Positions 10,205-20,530 of a stretch of 64,000 bases of DNA are shown piece after piece (positions within the stretch are counted from its first letter, which is position 1; each line of letters begins with the position of its first letter). This DNA comes from Myxococcota bacterium. GTDB taxonomy: Bacteria > Myxococcota_A > UBA9160 > UBA4427. Under the pieces are notes generated by a model. It ran no database searches. It was given only the letters and a program-made list of their open reading frames with translations, and was not told where the DNA came from. The translations under genes were made by a program, and so were the position numbers. The stretch covers positions 2,752,001-2,816,000 of the forward strand of contig OZ252299.1 of the NCBI GenBank assembly GCA_965250285.1. Direction: 5' to 3'.

Positions 10205-11199
10205 ACGACGGCGGACGCACGCGTCGACCGCTGCCCGTGCAGAAGGCCCGGCGGATCCAGGCCGACAACCAGGCGCGCGGTCAGCGCGCGCGCACGCACC
10301 TCGAACGCGCACGCAAGCGCAGCCGCAGCCGACTGCAGCGCCGGGCGCGCAGCCACCGGCGCGGCCGAGGCGCCGGTGTGACGTCGACGGTGCGCCGGCG
10401 CCTGGTGCTGGCCTGTGCCTTTGCGGCGTCGACGCTGGCGGGGGCCCTCTTCGGCGGCCCGATCGTCGAGGCCGTCGGCGCGCTCGGCGACGCCGGCCCC
10501 GGTCGCATCGACACGATCGCGGTGCAGGGCAACACGCTGCTCAGCTCGCGCGACGTCGCGGCGGCAAGCGGAGTCGACCCGGGGCAGATCGGGAACTCGC
10601 TCGAGACCGAGCGCGTGGGCGAGCGCCTGCGGGCGCACCCTTGGATCGCCGAGGCGCACGTCATGCGCCTGCCGCCCGGCAAGCTGCTGATCCGCATCGA
10701 AGAGCGCGAGCCGGCCGCCCTGCTCGCTCCGGTGGGCGCCGGCCCGAGTGCCGGCTGGCGATACGTCGACGCGAGTGGAACACCGTTTGCCCATTCGAGC
10801 GAGCGTGGACCGCGCGCGCTCGACGCCGGCGCGAGCTGGCCCCGCCTGCGCGGCGGCGAGGCCCTCGAAGACGACCGGGCCCACCCCGAGCTGGCCGCGG
10901 CGCTCGCGCTCTCGCGCCATCTGCGTGCGGGGCGGCTCGACACGCTGCTCGGCGCCGAGGGCGACCTCGAGGTCCGGCTGCCCGAGCCGTCGGATCCGCG
11001 CGGCTGGGTGCTCGAGGCCGGGCCGGATCGGCCGCGGGTCATCCTCGGACACGAGCGGCTGGCCGAGCGCGTCGACCGGCTGGCCTGGCTGCTGCAGTCA
11101 CGGGTGGACGCCCTGCGCGGCACCACCGAGATCGATCTTCGCTTCGCAGACCGAGCGGTCCTGCGCAGCGGTGAGGCATCCGTTCCCGCTTCGGGGTGA
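10201..11199 (+). CDS. ftsQ: cell division protein FtsQ/DivIB
   Basis: Arg-rich cytoplasmic N-terminus, one TM, POTRA-like segment (VQGN...HPWIAEAHVMRLPPGKLLIRIEER), C-terminal IDLRF; position between murB and ftsA. Confidence 0.88.
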   Translation: MNDGGRTRRPLPVQKARRIQADNQARGQRARTHLERARKRSRSRLQRRARSHRRGRGAGVTSTVRRRLVLACAFAASTLAGALFGGPIVEAVGALGDAGPGRIDTIAVQGNTLLSSRDVAAASGVDPGQIGNSLETERVGERLRAHPWIAEAHVMRLPPGKLLIRIEEREPAALLAPVGAGPSAGWRYVDASGTPFAHSSERGPRALDAGASWPRLRGGEALEDDRAHPELAAALALSRHLRAGRLDTLLGAEGDLEVRLPEPSDPRGWVLEAGPDRPRVILGHERLAERVDRLAWLLQSRVDALRGTTEIDLRFADRAVLRSGEASVPASG

Positions 11200-11325
11200 G
11201 GCGGGACGAGTCGGCTCTCGCTTCGAAACGAGGCGGAGCACAGCGGCAGCCGAGCCCGGATGGGCGAAGCTGCCCGAACCAGGGGCGTCGGGGATCCGGC
11301 GCACCATCACCGGGGGGTGAGCAAC

Positions 11326-12567
11326 ATGAGTCGAAAGAAGGACGACCTGATCGTCGGGCTCGACATCGGGACGACCAAGATCTGTGCCGTCGTGGCAGAA
11401 CGCACCGAGAACGGCGTCGACATCGTCGGCATCGGGACGCATCCGTCGAAGGGCCTGCGCAAGGGCGTCGTCGTCGACATCGACGCGACGGTCGAGTCGA
11501 TCAAGCACGCGGTCGAAGAGGCCGAGCTGATGGCCGACTGCGAGATCACGTCGGTGTACGCCGGCGTGGCGGGCGGGCACATCCGCGCGTTCAACTCGCA
11601 CGGCGTCGTCGCGGTCAAGGATCGCGAGGTGCGCGAAGGCGACGTCAAGCGGGTCATCGATGCCGCCAAGGCGGTCGCGATCCCGATGGACCGAGAGGTG
11701 ATCCACGTGATCCCCCAGGAGTTCATCGTCGACGACCAGGACGGCATCCGCGAGCCGCTCGGCATGAGCGGTGTGCGGCTGGAGGCGCAGATCCACATCG
11801 TCACGGCCGCCGTGACCAGCGCGCAGAACATCGTGAAGTGCTGCAACAAGGCCGGGCTCAACGTGGTCGACATCGTGCTCGAGCCGCTCGCCTCGGCCCA
11901 GGCCGTGCTCGAGAGCGACGAGCGCGATCTCGGCGTCGCGATGATCGATATCGGCGGCGGCACCACCGACGTCGCGGTCTTCGCGGACGGCTCGATCAAG
12001 ATGACCGCGGTGATCGGCATCGGCGGATACCACCTGTCGAACGACATCGCCGTCGGGCTGCGCACACCCTTCGACGAAGCCGAGCGCATCAAGAAGAAGT
12101 TCGGCGTGGCGTCGGCCCGGTATCTGTCGGGCGACGACGTGATCTCGGTGCCGAGCGTCGGCGGCCGACGGCCGCGCGAGGTGTCGCGCAAGATCCTCTG
12201 CGAGGTCATCGAGCCGCGGGTCGAGGAGATCCTGTCGCTCGCGCACCAGGAGATCGAGCGCTCCGGGCTCGCCGACCGGATCCCGTCGGGCGTGGTCCTG
12301 ACCGGCGGCGCCTCGGCGCTGGCCGGCATGCACGAACTCGCCGAGGAGGTCTTCGAGGCGCCCGTGCGCCAGGGGACACCGGGACATGTCGGCGGCCTGC
12401 TCGACGTCGTCCGCAGCCCCATGTACGCGACGGGCGTCGGGCTGGTGCTGTTCGGCGTGAATCAGCAGCATGCGAGCCGCACGCGCGGGTTCCGCATTCG
12501 GGACGACTCGATCTTCGGAAGGGTCAAGCAGCGCATGCGCGACTGGTTCTACGCCGAGTTCGACTGA
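11326..12567 (+). CDS. ftsA: cell division protein FtsA
   Basis: GLDIGTTKI, GLRKGVVVDI, IDIGGGTTD, VLTGG, SPMYATGVGL, C-terminal amphipathic helix; ATG 11326 after GGGGGGTGA. Confidence 0.97.
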   Translation: MSRKKDDLIVGLDIGTTKICAVVAERTENGVDIVGIGTHPSKGLRKGVVVDIDATVESIKHAVEEAELMADCEITSVYAGVAGGHIRAFNSHGVVAVKDREVREGDVKRVIDAAKAVAIPMDREVIHVIPQEFIVDDQDGIREPLGMSGVRLEAQIHIVTAAVTSAQNIVKCCNKAGLNVVDIVLEPLASAQAVLESDERDLGVAMIDIGGGTTDVAVFADGSIKMTAVIGIGGYHLSNDIAVGLRTPFDEAERIKKKFGVASARYLSGDDVISVPSVGGRRPREVSRKILCEVIEPRVEEILSLAHQEIERSGLADRIPSGVVLTGGASALAGMHELAEEVFEAPVRQGTPGHVGGLLDVVRSPMYATGVGLVLFGVNQQHASRTRGFRIRDDSIFGRVKQRMRDWFYAEFD

Positions 12568-12702
12568 GATCGCGGCCGACGGGCCGCAGCGATGGGCGGC
12601 GGGCGACCGGCGCCGAAATTTCAATCTAGAAACGCACAAATCCAGAGGGTTCGTGTAACATTCGGCGCGACGCGAACGTCCGCCGGACCGGGGGGTGAAC
12701 GG

Positions 12703-14247
12703 ATGGCCAAGCGCGATTCCAGCCGCAATGGACGCGGCCGAAACGCCAAGAACAGTGGAAGCAACTCGAACGCCGGGAGCGGGCGCAGCCGCGCTCGCGG
12801 CAATTCGGACGACGCGCCGCCGGTGATCGAAGATCACAGCGACGACGAGGGCCTCGATCTGCTCGAGATCGGTCCCGAAGACGCCGACGACATGCTCGAG
12901 TTCGATCAGACGCCGGGACAGAAGGCGACCATCAAGGTCATCGGCGTGGGTGGAGGCGGCGGCAACGCCCTCAACACCATGATCGACGGCGGGCTCGCCG
13001 GCGTCGAGTTCATCGCCGCGAACACCGATGCACAGGCGCTCAAGCACAACCGCGCCGTGACCAAGGTGCAGCTCGGTGCCGAGGTCACCCGCGGCCTCGG
13101 CTGTGGCGCGAACCCCGACCGGGGCCGCGCGTCGGCGATGGAGGCACGCGAGCGCCTGCGCGAGCTGCTCGAAGGCTCCGACATGGTCTTCGTGACGGCC
13201 GGCATGGGCGGCGGCACGGGCACCGGCGCCGCACCGGTGGTGGCCGAGGTCGCGCGCGAGATCGGCGCGCTGACCGTGGGCGTCGTGACCAAGCCGTTCT
13301 CGTTCGAGGGCAAGGTGCGCACCAAGCACGCCGAGCGAGGGCTCGACGAGCTGCACGGCGTGGTCGATACGCTGATCACGATCCCGAACCAGCGGCTGCT
13401 CGCGCTGGCCGGCAAGAGCACCAACATGCAGGATGCCTTCGCTCTCGCGGATGCGGTCTGCCTGAACGCGGTGCGCGGCATCTCGGATCTCATCACGATC
13501 CACGGCCTGATCAACCTCGACTTCGCCGATGTCCGCACGGTGATGAACGAGGCGGGCGTGGCGCTGATGGGCACGGGCGTGGGCCGCGGCGACACGCGCG
13601 CGACCGACGCTGCCGAGGCGGCGATCTCGAGCCCGCTGCTCGAGGATCTGCGCGTCGACGGTGCGCGCGGCGTGCTGATCAACATCACGGGCAACAGCGA
13701 CATGACCCTCTTCGAGGTGAACGAGGCGTCGATGCTGATCCAGGAGGCGGCCCACGAGGATGCGAACATCATCTTCGGCGCCGTCATCGACGACGAGGTG
13801 CCCGAGGGCGAGCTGCGGGTGACCGTGATCGCCACGGGGCTCGACGACGAGCGGCAGCGTCGCACGCCGCCCGAGCGCCCGACGCGACGCCCCGACGTGC
13901 GCGACGAGCCCGAGCCGCAGCAGATCGAGATCGAGCACGTGGCACCTCAGGCCCAACAGGCCCGAGCCCGGGCACCCGAGGCCGATCTGGAGCACGTGCC
14001 GAGCCAGCTGTCGGAGGGCGGCCGGCCGGGCCGCTACGACGAGCCGCAGGCGTACGGCTCCGATCCGCAGCCCGAGCCAAGTCACGACGAGCGCGCGGCC
14101 GAGGCCATCGCGAGCGCGGGGGATGACTTCACCTCGCCCTTCGTCGAGGACCGCTACGACGAGCCGGCGTTCCTGCGCAAGCGCGCCAATCAGGGGGAGG
14201 ACGACGATCGGGAGCTGCCTGCGTTTCTCAGACGCGCGCAGGACTGA
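12703..14247 (+). CDS. ftsZ: cell division protein FtsZ
   Basis: [27 protein letters not shown] tubulin signature, NLDFADV, C-terminal PAFLR motifs; start 12703 supported by SD-like GGGGGGTGA, 12892 is the alternative. Confidence 0.97.
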   Translation: MAKRDSSRNGRGRNAKNSGSNSNAGSGRSRARGNSDDAPPVIEDHSDDEGLDLLEIGPEDADDMLEFDQTPGQKATIKVIGVGGGGGNALNTMIDGGLAGVEFIAANTDAQALKHNRAVTKVQLGAEVTRGLGCGANPDRGRASAMEARERLRELLEGSDMVFVTAGMGGGTGTGAAPVVAEVAREIGALTVGVVTKPFSFEGKVRTKHAERGLDELHGVVDTLITIPNQRLLALAGKSTNMQDAFALADAVCLNAVRGISDLITIHGLINLDFADVRTVMNEAGVALMGTGVGRGDTRATDAAEAAISSPLLEDLRVDGARGVLINITGNSDMTLFEVNEASMLIQEAAHEDANIIFGAVIDDEVPEGELRVTVIATGLDDERQRRTPPERPTRRPDVRDEPEPQQIEIEHVAPQAQQARARAPEADLEHVPSQLSEGGRPGRYDEPQAYGSDPQPEPSHDERAAEAIASAGDDFTSPFVEDRYDEPAFLRKRANQGEDDDRELPAFLRRAQD

Positions 14248-14354
14248 CGAAGACGCGTCCACGACTCGGCCCGAGGCTCACCGGCCTCGGTCTCGCCGGC
14301 GGAGACGCTGGCTGGGACGCTGAGCCGAGCTCGCCTGGTTCGACCGCTCCACCC

Positions 14355-14394
14355 GACGCCGCCCTGCCCCGTGCAGGGCGGCGTCTCTCGTTTC
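14355..14394 (+). terminator. probable intrinsic terminator ending the dcw transcript
   Basis: perfect 13-bp stem GACGCCGCCCTGC / GCAGGGCGGCGTC, 5-nt loop, followed by TCTCGTTTC (weak U-tract). Confidence 0.6.
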
Positions 14395-14410
14395 AGCCCA
14401 GCCTGCGGCG

Positions 14411-14438
14411 TTGACAAACGCCCCCGTTGAGTGAGATT
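14411..14438 (+). promoter_or_regulatory. sigma-70-type promoter of the enoyl-CoA hydratase gene (probably leaderless)
   Basis: TTGACA at 14411, GAGATT at 14433, ATG 8 nt later, no SD. Confidence 0.5.
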
Positions 14439-14446
14439 CGGCCGCC

Positions 14447-15268
14447 ATGACGCACCCGAACCCCGACGCGCTGATTCTCGAGTCCCATGAGGACGGGATC
14501 ACCACCCTCACCTTCAACGACCCCGACCATCTCAACGCGATGACCCGTGCGATGGGCGAGGCGTTCGCCGACTGCATCGCGGGGCTGGTGCAACGCGACG
14601 ACCTGCGCGCGGTGGTGCTGACCGGGGCGGGACGTGCGTTCTCGGCCGGTGGCGACTTTCAGATGCTCAATGATCTCGCGGCCGACGGCCGGGCGCGCCC
14701 CGGCCTCGCGCGACGCCCGATCCGCGACACGATGAACAGCTTCTACAAGCTCTTCTTGAGCGTCCGGCAGCTGCCGTGCCCGACGCTCGCGGCGCTCAAC
14801 GGCCCGGCCATCGGCGCCGGCTTCTGCGTCTCGCTGGCCTGTGACATCCGGGTCGTGGCCGAAGACGCCAAGCTCGGGCTGAACTTCACGAAGCTCGGCG
14901 TCCATCCCGGCATGGCGGCGACCTGGACCCTGCCCCGGCTCGTCGGGCCGGCGCTGGCGGCCGAGCTGCTCTACACGAGCCGCCTGATTCGCGGGGAGGA
15001 GGCCGCGAAGATGGGCCTCGCGAACCGCGCTGTCCCGCGCGAGCAGGTCCTGGACGTGACGCGGGGCATCGCCGCCGAGATCGCGGCCTGCGCCCCGATC
15101 GCCGTCGCGGCCACGAAGCGATCGCTCGGCCGCAGCCACGACGCGACGATGGAGGACCAGCTCGCGTTCGAGGCGAGCGAGCAGGCCATCACGTTCGAGA
15201 GCGAGGACGTGCACGAGGGCCTGGCGGCGGTCCAGGCTCGACGCGACCCGACCTTCGAGGGTCGCTAG
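14447..15268 (+). CDS. enoyl-CoA hydratase/isomerase (crotonase) family protein
   Basis: LNAM, LTGAGRAFSAGGD, LNGPAIGAG, ACDIR, LPRLVG. Confidence 0.93.
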   Translation: MTHPNPDALILESHEDGITTLTFNDPDHLNAMTRAMGEAFADCIAGLVQRDDLRAVVLTGAGRAFSAGGDFQMLNDLAADGRARPGLARRPIRDTMNSFYKLFLSVRQLPCPTLAALNGPAIGAGFCVSLACDIRVVAEDAKLGLNFTKLGVHPGMAATWTLPRLVGPALAAELLYTSRLIRGEEAAKMGLANRAVPREQVLDVTRGIAAEIAACAPIAVAATKRSLGRSHDATMEDQLAFEASEQAITFESEDVHEGLAAVQARRDPTFEGR

Positions 15269-15593
15269 CCCGTCGTCCACGTGCGGCTCGCATGTGTCGA
15301 ACGCAGGCGCTTGCATGCACTGCAACGAATGTGACTCGATCGGTTCGCGCCCACGCGCAAGCGTCGGTCACCGAAGTCGTCGGCACACGGATTCGTCGGA
15401 TCTCGAATACGCCCGCGACGACATATGTCCAAGGCGCCATGCGTTTCGACTCGATCATCGCTCGGCCGATCACTTTCCAGTTGCATTGGATGATTCACCT
15501 GACACTTCGATCAGCGCGCGACCAATAGAGTCCGACGCATCGATGAACGATGCGCGAGACGGCCGGACCGGGTCGTCACGAGGGGACTCCACG

Positions 15594-16391
15594 TTGCGCC
15601 ATTCGATCGCCACCGCTGCTCTCGCCTGCTTCTTCTTCCTGTCGCCCAGCGCTTCGGCCGCCATCATCGTCGGTACCACCGACAACTTCTCGTCGAGCTC
15701 GAACGACCCGGATGTCTACGTTCTCGATGATGCGGGCGGCTTCGAGTCTTACTTCTTCTCGCCCTTTCGCATCGGCGATCTCACATGGTCGGCCCGAGAG
15801 TCGCTGTTGGTCGGGCACGAAAGCACGGGCACGATCGCCGAAGTCGATACGACGGGCGGATTGATCAACTTGTTCTACACGCCGGCGGACGGCATCAGCG
15901 GGCTCGCACAAGGCTCGGACGGCCGGCTGTACGTCTCGGAAGACAACTCGAACCGGCTCTTCACCCTCGACCAGGCTGGCAACGTCGAAGACATCACGTT
16001 CATGCCGACGACGATCACCGCGCTCGACATCACGCTGGACGGCGAGCTCGTATTCGTCCGTTCAACCGGCACGTCGTCCTTCGATCCGAAGGAGGTCGTC
16101 TTCTGGGATCCCGACCTGGGCGAGATCAGCAGCTTCAGCATCGACCTTCGATACACATTCGGCATCGCGGTTCAGGACGAGACGATCATGGTCATCGGCG
16201 GCTCGTCGAGTTCATCCAGCGCCACCCAGTTGATCAACACCTACTCGATGGACGGGACGGTGCTCGGGAGCGTGAACGGTCCTCGCAATGCACGCACGAT
16301 CACGGCCCATACGCCCGAACCGGGGACGGCGCTTCTCATCGGCGCGGGCCTGGTCGGCCTCGGCCTTCGCGGCCGCCGAAGCGGCGCCTGA
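15594..16391 (+). CDS. PEP-CTERM sorting-domain surface protein, Ser/Thr-rich, probable beta-propeller-like body
   Basis: signal peptide ending ASA-A; C-terminal TPEPGTALLIGAGLVGLGLRGRR; TTG 15594 after GAGGGG (ATG 15543 is an alternative). Confidence 0.85.
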   Translation: MRHSIATAALACFFFLSPSASAAIIVGTTDNFSSSSNDPDVYVLDDAGGFESYFFSPFRIGDLTWSARESLLVGHESTGTIAEVDTTGGLINLFYTPADGISGLAQGSDGRLYVSEDNSNRLFTLDQAGNVEDITFMPTTITALDITLDGELVFVRSTGTSSFDPKEVVFWDPDLGEISSFSIDLRYTFGIAVQDETIMVIGGSSSSSSATQLINTYSMDGTVLGSVNGPRNARTITAHTPEPGTALLIGAGLVGLGLRGRRSGA

Positions 16392-16454
16392 CCGACCCCC
16401 GCGCCGATCGGTCGCGGCGATCCATTGGGCAGCGGCTGCCCCGGCCCCGGGCGG

Positions 16455-16590
16455 GCCGGGGCAGCCCGACCCCTCCCCGATTCGCCCGAGGCCGGGGCAG
16501 CCCGACACCTGCCCGATCCGCCCGAAGCCAGGGCGGCCCGACCGCTCCCCGATCCGCCCGAGGCTGGGGCAGTCCGACGCCGCGCCGATC
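16455..16590. repeat. 36-bp tandem repeat, about 3.8 units
   Basis: units at 16455, 16491, 16527, 16563 with consensus GCCGGGGCAGCCCGAC.CCT.CCCGATCCGCCCGAG; no spacers. Confidence 0.85.
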
Positions 16591-17123
16591 ACATCATCGG
16601 CGGCGCCGCGGCGATCCGAAGCGCAGCACTCGGGGGTGTTCGTTGCAGACCTCGGAGCCAGGGGCGCCCGCCGAGCCACCTCCGAACGGGCCTGCCAGAA
16701 CTGTGACGCACACTACGCACCGGCCGCTTGGACCTGCCGAATCAGTCCGGGTCGGAGGCGGCTCGAGAGATTTCCGCGGCATCCCCCTTGCCCGACGGGG
16801 GGGACGGCCGCTACAACGAAGTCGAACAGCCCCCCGAACAACCGCCTCGAGCGTCGCGTGCGTGACCCGCGCCGCGGTCGAGGCTCGATCTGGCGAAACG
16901 CGACGAAAGTCGCGGGTCGACCGCCGATTTCGGCAGTCGCCCGTCCGACTTCGTCGCCGATCGTCGGCGAACCGAGGGGCGATCGAACGCATCGACAGAC
17001 CAGGTCCCGCGACGCGTGCCCGAACCTCGTATTGGCGAGCCGGATTCAGCCACAGCGTCGCGCCGGACTAAAGTGCCAGCCGATTCGTTCGAAAGAAGGA
17101 AGGTGGACCGCGCGACCCGCCGG

Positions 17124-17309
17124 ATGAACTCGGGCGCGCAGGATCCAGAGAAATCGTGGGGGGAGGAGCCCAGCGCGGCTCCCGACATGCTGGGACCGGA
17201 AACGGTTCGGGGGGATCGAAAGTTGACACGCGCACTGCGAAGCCATCAGCTCTGGCTCTCGCTCACGTATGTGGGCCTGCTCGTTCTGATGGCGCGCGCC
17301 TACCTGTAG
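17124..17309 (+). CDS. small hypothetical protein with C-terminal hydrophobic helix
   Basis: purine-rich GAAGGAAGG upstream; ends LWLSLTYVGLLVLMARAYL; start could be GTG 17103. Confidence 0.4.
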   Translation: MNSGAQDPEKSWGEEPSAAPDMLGPETVRGDRKLTRALRSHQLWLSLTYVGLLVLMARAYL

Positions 17310-17483
17310 GCGCCGAGGCACCGGCCGCACACGCTCGATGAGCATCCAGCGTGGCGCGGCGGCAGCGGCGGGCATCGACCTGCCGATGCAGCGACGCCGG
17401 CGAGCCCGAAGGCCGCCGGCGTCGGAGCGGCCCTTCGAGGACCGCAGGGCCCGGGCGAGTCGCCGCGGGCCTCGGCCGCACGA

Positions 17484-17927
17484 TCAGGCCGGCAGCGCCT
17501 CGACGAGGCCCTGAATTTCACCCGCATTGAAGAAGTACGAGATCTCGAGACGCGCCGTCTCGGGGGCGTCGCTCCCGTGCGATGCGTTCTGCTCGATGTC
17601 GGTGCCGAAGTCGCCCCGGATCGAGCCCTCGGGCGCCTCATTCGAGTTGGTCGGGCCCATCAGGTCACGCCAACGCTTGATCGCGCCCTCGCCCTCGAGA
17701 ACCATCGCGACGATCGGGCCCGAGGTCATGAATTTCACGAGCTCGCCGAAGAACGGGCGCTCCTTGTGGACCGCGTAGAAGCCCTGCGCCATCTCGGCGT
17801 CGAGGTGCATGCGCTTCATCGCGACGATGTCGAGGCCGCTCTCTTCGATGCGGCTGATGATCTTGCCGGCCACCTTCTTGGCGACGGCGTCGGGCTTGAT
17901 GATGGCGAAGGTCCGTTCCACGGCCAT
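17484..17927 (-). CDS. ndk: nucleoside diphosphate kinase
   Basis: [42 protein letters not shown] 8 nt upstream of ATG 17927. Confidence 0.97.
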   Translation of the reverse strand: MAVERTFAIIKPDAVAKKVAGKIISRIEESGLDIVAMKRMHLDAEMAQGFYAVHKERPFFGELVKFMTSGPIVAMVLEGEGAIKRWRDLMGPTNSNEAPEGSIRGDFGTDIEQNASHGSDAPETARLEISYFFNAGEIQGLVEALPA

Positions 17928-18168
17928 GGCCATGACTCCTCTCTCGATGGCTGAGCCCGGCTCATCCAGTAGCCGGGGCGTTCCTCGGGCAGCCCGGCGA
18001 GCCGGCCGCTGCGTCGAATCGGTGGTTGTGGGTGCGCCGCAGCCGCTCTCGGGGCGCGCGGCGGCCGGAAAGTAGCGGATCGGCGGGGTCCCGCCGCGCG
18101 AATCCGGCCGGGATACGGCGCCCTTTCGCTGCACCCCGCGGTTCGGGTCACGCGCGAGCGAATGGGGT

Positions 18169-19146
18169 TCAGACCTCGAGGACCAGCTTCCCGAAGTGGG
18201 TGCTCGCCTTCATGATCCGGTGCGCCTCGGGCGCGTCGGCGAGGGGGAGCACGCGGTCGATCACCGGCTGGATCCGCCCGGCGGCGAGGTCTTCGCCGAA
18301 GCGGGCCTCGAAGGCATCGACGAGCGCTGCCTTCTCTTCGGCCGGGCGCGCACGCAGGGTCGAGCCGATCACCTGCAGCCGCTTCGTCAGCAGCAGCCCG
18401 AGCGGCATCTCGGCCTTGGCGCCGCCCATCAGGCCGATGATCACGAGCCGACCACCGACCGCGAGCGCCGCGAGATTGCCGGCGAGATACGGCCCCCCGA
18501 TGCTGTCGAGCACGACGTCGACGCCGCGCCCCTCGGTCGCCTTCTGCGCTTCGGCCGTGAAGTCGCCGTCGCGGTAGTTCACCGCGAGGTCGGCGCCGAG
18601 ATCGAGACAGCGCTGGCACTTCTCGTCGCTGCCCGCGGTCACGATCACCCGGGCCCCCGCCGCCTTGGCCATCTGGATCGCCGCGGTGCCGATGCCACTG
18701 CCGCCACCGTGCACGAGGAGCGTGCCGCCGGCTTCGAGCCCGCCCAGCTGGAACACGTTGAGGAAGACGGTGAGCAGCACCTCGGGCAGGCCAGCGGCGT
18801 GAACGAGATCGACACCGTCCGGGACCGTCATCAGGCTGCCGGCGTCGACGACGACCTGCTCGGCGTATCCGCCGCCGGCGAGCAGCGCCATCCCCCGGTC
18901 GCCGACGGAGACACCAGACACACCCGCGCCGACTTCGGCCACCGTTCCCGCGCACTCGAGGCCCAGGACTTCGGAGGCGCCGGGCGGCGGCGGATACAGA
19001 CCCTGCCGTTGAAGGAGATCGGCCCGGTTGACCCCGGCGGCCGCGACGGCGATGCGCACCTGGCCCGGGCCGAGAATGGGGGCTTCGGCGTCGCCGAGGC
19101 GCATGCACGACTCGTCGCCCGGTTCATCGATGAGAATGGCCTTCAT
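18169..19146 (-). CDS. NAD(P)H-quinone oxidoreductase, PIG3/zeta-crystallin MDR family
   Basis: [52 protein letters not shown]. Confidence 0.93.
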   Translation of the reverse strand: MKAILIDEPGDESCMRLGDAEAPILGPGQVRIAVAAAGVNRADLLQRQGLYPPPPGASEVLGLECAGTVAEVGAGVSGVSVGDRGMALLAGGGYAEQVVVDAGSLMTVPDGVDLVHAAGLPEVLLTVFLNVFQLGGLEAGGTLLVHGGGSGIGTAAIQMAKAAGARVIVTAGSDEKCQRCLDLGADLAVNYRDGDFTAEAQKATEGRGVDVVLDSIGGPYLAGNLAALAVGGRLVIIGLMGGAKAEMPLGLLLTKRLQVIGSTLRARPAEEKAALVDAFEARFGEDLAAGRIQPVIDRVLPLADAPEAHRIMKASTHFGKLVLEV

Positions 19147-19288
19147 GGCCGCGGAACCTAGCAGGCCGAGGCCGCGACAGGGCTGCGAAACGCAGAGGCC
19201 CCGCCCGCCCCATCAGCGCGTGGTGCGCGATGGGGTGAGCGGGGCCGGTATTCGCGGCTCGCTCGGAGCGAGGGCTCGGTCGACCCCC

Positions 19289-20470
19289 CTACGAGAGATC
19301 GGCGCGCGAGTAGTCGAGCAGACCGCGCGCGATGATCAGGCGCTGGATCTCGCCCGTGCCCTCGTAGATGTCGGTGATGCGGCAATCGCGCGCCCACTTC
19401 TCGAGCAGGTGGTCGCGGCTGATGCCCATCGGGCCGAGCAGGTCGATGCAGCCCTGGGTCACCTCACGCACGGTGTTGCCCGCGTGCGCCTTGCACACCG
19501 ACGACTCCATGTTGTTCGGCTGGCCCTGCCCCGCGAGCCACACACACTGCAGGGTCACGATCTTGCTCGCCTCGTACTGGGCCTCGAGCTCGATGAAGCG
19601 CTCGACCGCCGCCGGCTGCGTGCCCGCACCCGCCGTGTAGTCGATCTCGAAGCCAGCGGCCTCGAGCTGCTCGCGCGTGAAGTCGAGGGCCGCCTCGACG
19701 ACGCCGAGACCCATGGCCGCCGTCATCGGGCGGGTCATGTTGAAGGTCTTCATGACGCCGCGGAAGCCGCCCGAGCCCTTCCCCTTCGGAATCGTCTCAT
19801 CGCCACCCAGCAGGTTCTCGCGCGGGATGCGGCAGTCGTTGAACACGTAGGCCGCCGTGTCGTCCGCGCGGATGCCGAGCTTCTTCTCCTTGCCGGGCAC
19901 CTCGAAGCCGGGTGCGCCCTTCTCGATGAGGAAGCTCTTGATCCCGGCGCGGCCCGCGTCGAGGTCGAGCGACGCCCAGCACACGACGCCGTCGGCGCGG
20001 ATGCCGGTCGTGACGAAGATCTTCTCGCCGTTCAGCACCCACTCGTTCGTCTCTTCGTCGAGCACCGCCGTGGTCTGCACTCGCGACGGATCCGAGCCGC
20101 AACCGGGCTCGGTGATCGCCATGGAGAGCACGAGGTGGCCCCACTTCTCCTTCTGCTCCTCGGTCCCGGCGGCGGCGAGGGCCGCGTTGCCGAGGCCACC
20201 TCCGGTGCGGTTCTTGAGGCGCACCGCGTAGTCGCCCCAGTACGAGGCGATGGTGTTGAGGGTCATCATCACGGGGCCGGTGGTGTCGGTCGCGATGTCG
20301 ACCTCGGGCACCGGCGGCGGCACGAAGTCAGCGGCCTCGGGCAGCTCGTCGGGGGCCTGCTCCGACTCGTGCTCGTCGTAGTAGCGCGCGTACTTGCGCA
20401 CGATGCGGCCCTCGGCGTAGGTCTTCTCCAGCGCCGCCTTGTCTCGTTCGGTCAGTCGAAAATCGATCAT
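19289..20470 (-). CDS. acyl-CoA dehydrogenase (FadE23-like, catalytic-type subunit)
   Basis: MAITEPGCGSD, LNGEKIFVT, KLGIRADDTA, EKWARD..ITDIYEGT; start MIDFRLT after AAGGAA. Confidence 0.92.
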   Translation of the reverse strand: MIDFRLTERDKAALEKTYAEGRIVRKYARYYDEHESEQAPDELPEAADFVPPPVPEVDIATDTTGPVMMTLNTIASYWGDYAVRLKNRTGGGLGNAALAAAGTEEQKEKWGHLVLSMAITEPGCGSDPSRVQTTAVLDEETNEWVLNGEKIFVTTGIRADGVVCWASLDLDAGRAGIKSFLIEKGAPGFEVPGKEKKLGIRADDTAAYVFNDCRIPRENLLGGDETIPKGKGSGGFRGVMKTFNMTRPMTAAMGLGVVEAALDFTREQLEAAGFEIDYTAGAGTQPAAVERFIELEAQYEASKIVTLQCVWLAGQGQPNNMESSVCKAHAGNTVREVTQGCIDLLGPMGISRDHLLEKWARDCRITDIYEGTGEIQRLIIARGLLDYSRADLS

Positions 20471-20530
20471 GTCGTGTCGTTCCTTCGGTCGCGTGCGCGT
20501 CGGCACGCGTGCGTGTGTGAGGGTCGGGGC

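Noticed and set aside
11098..14262. 1054-aa minus-strand ORF, and similar long shadow ORFs (19028..21892, 22898..26767, 39008..41323, 54489..56789)
   Set aside because: They overlap clearly recognisable genes, have no motifs, and are expected from stop-codon scarcity in high-GC DNA
15380..15395. sigma-54 promoter for the PEP-CTERM gene (TCGGCACACGGATTCG)
   Set aside because: The -12 dinucleotide is CG rather than GC
16455..16590. 36-bp repeats as a CRISPR array
   Set aside because: Units are contiguous with no spacers, are degenerate, and no cas genes are in the window
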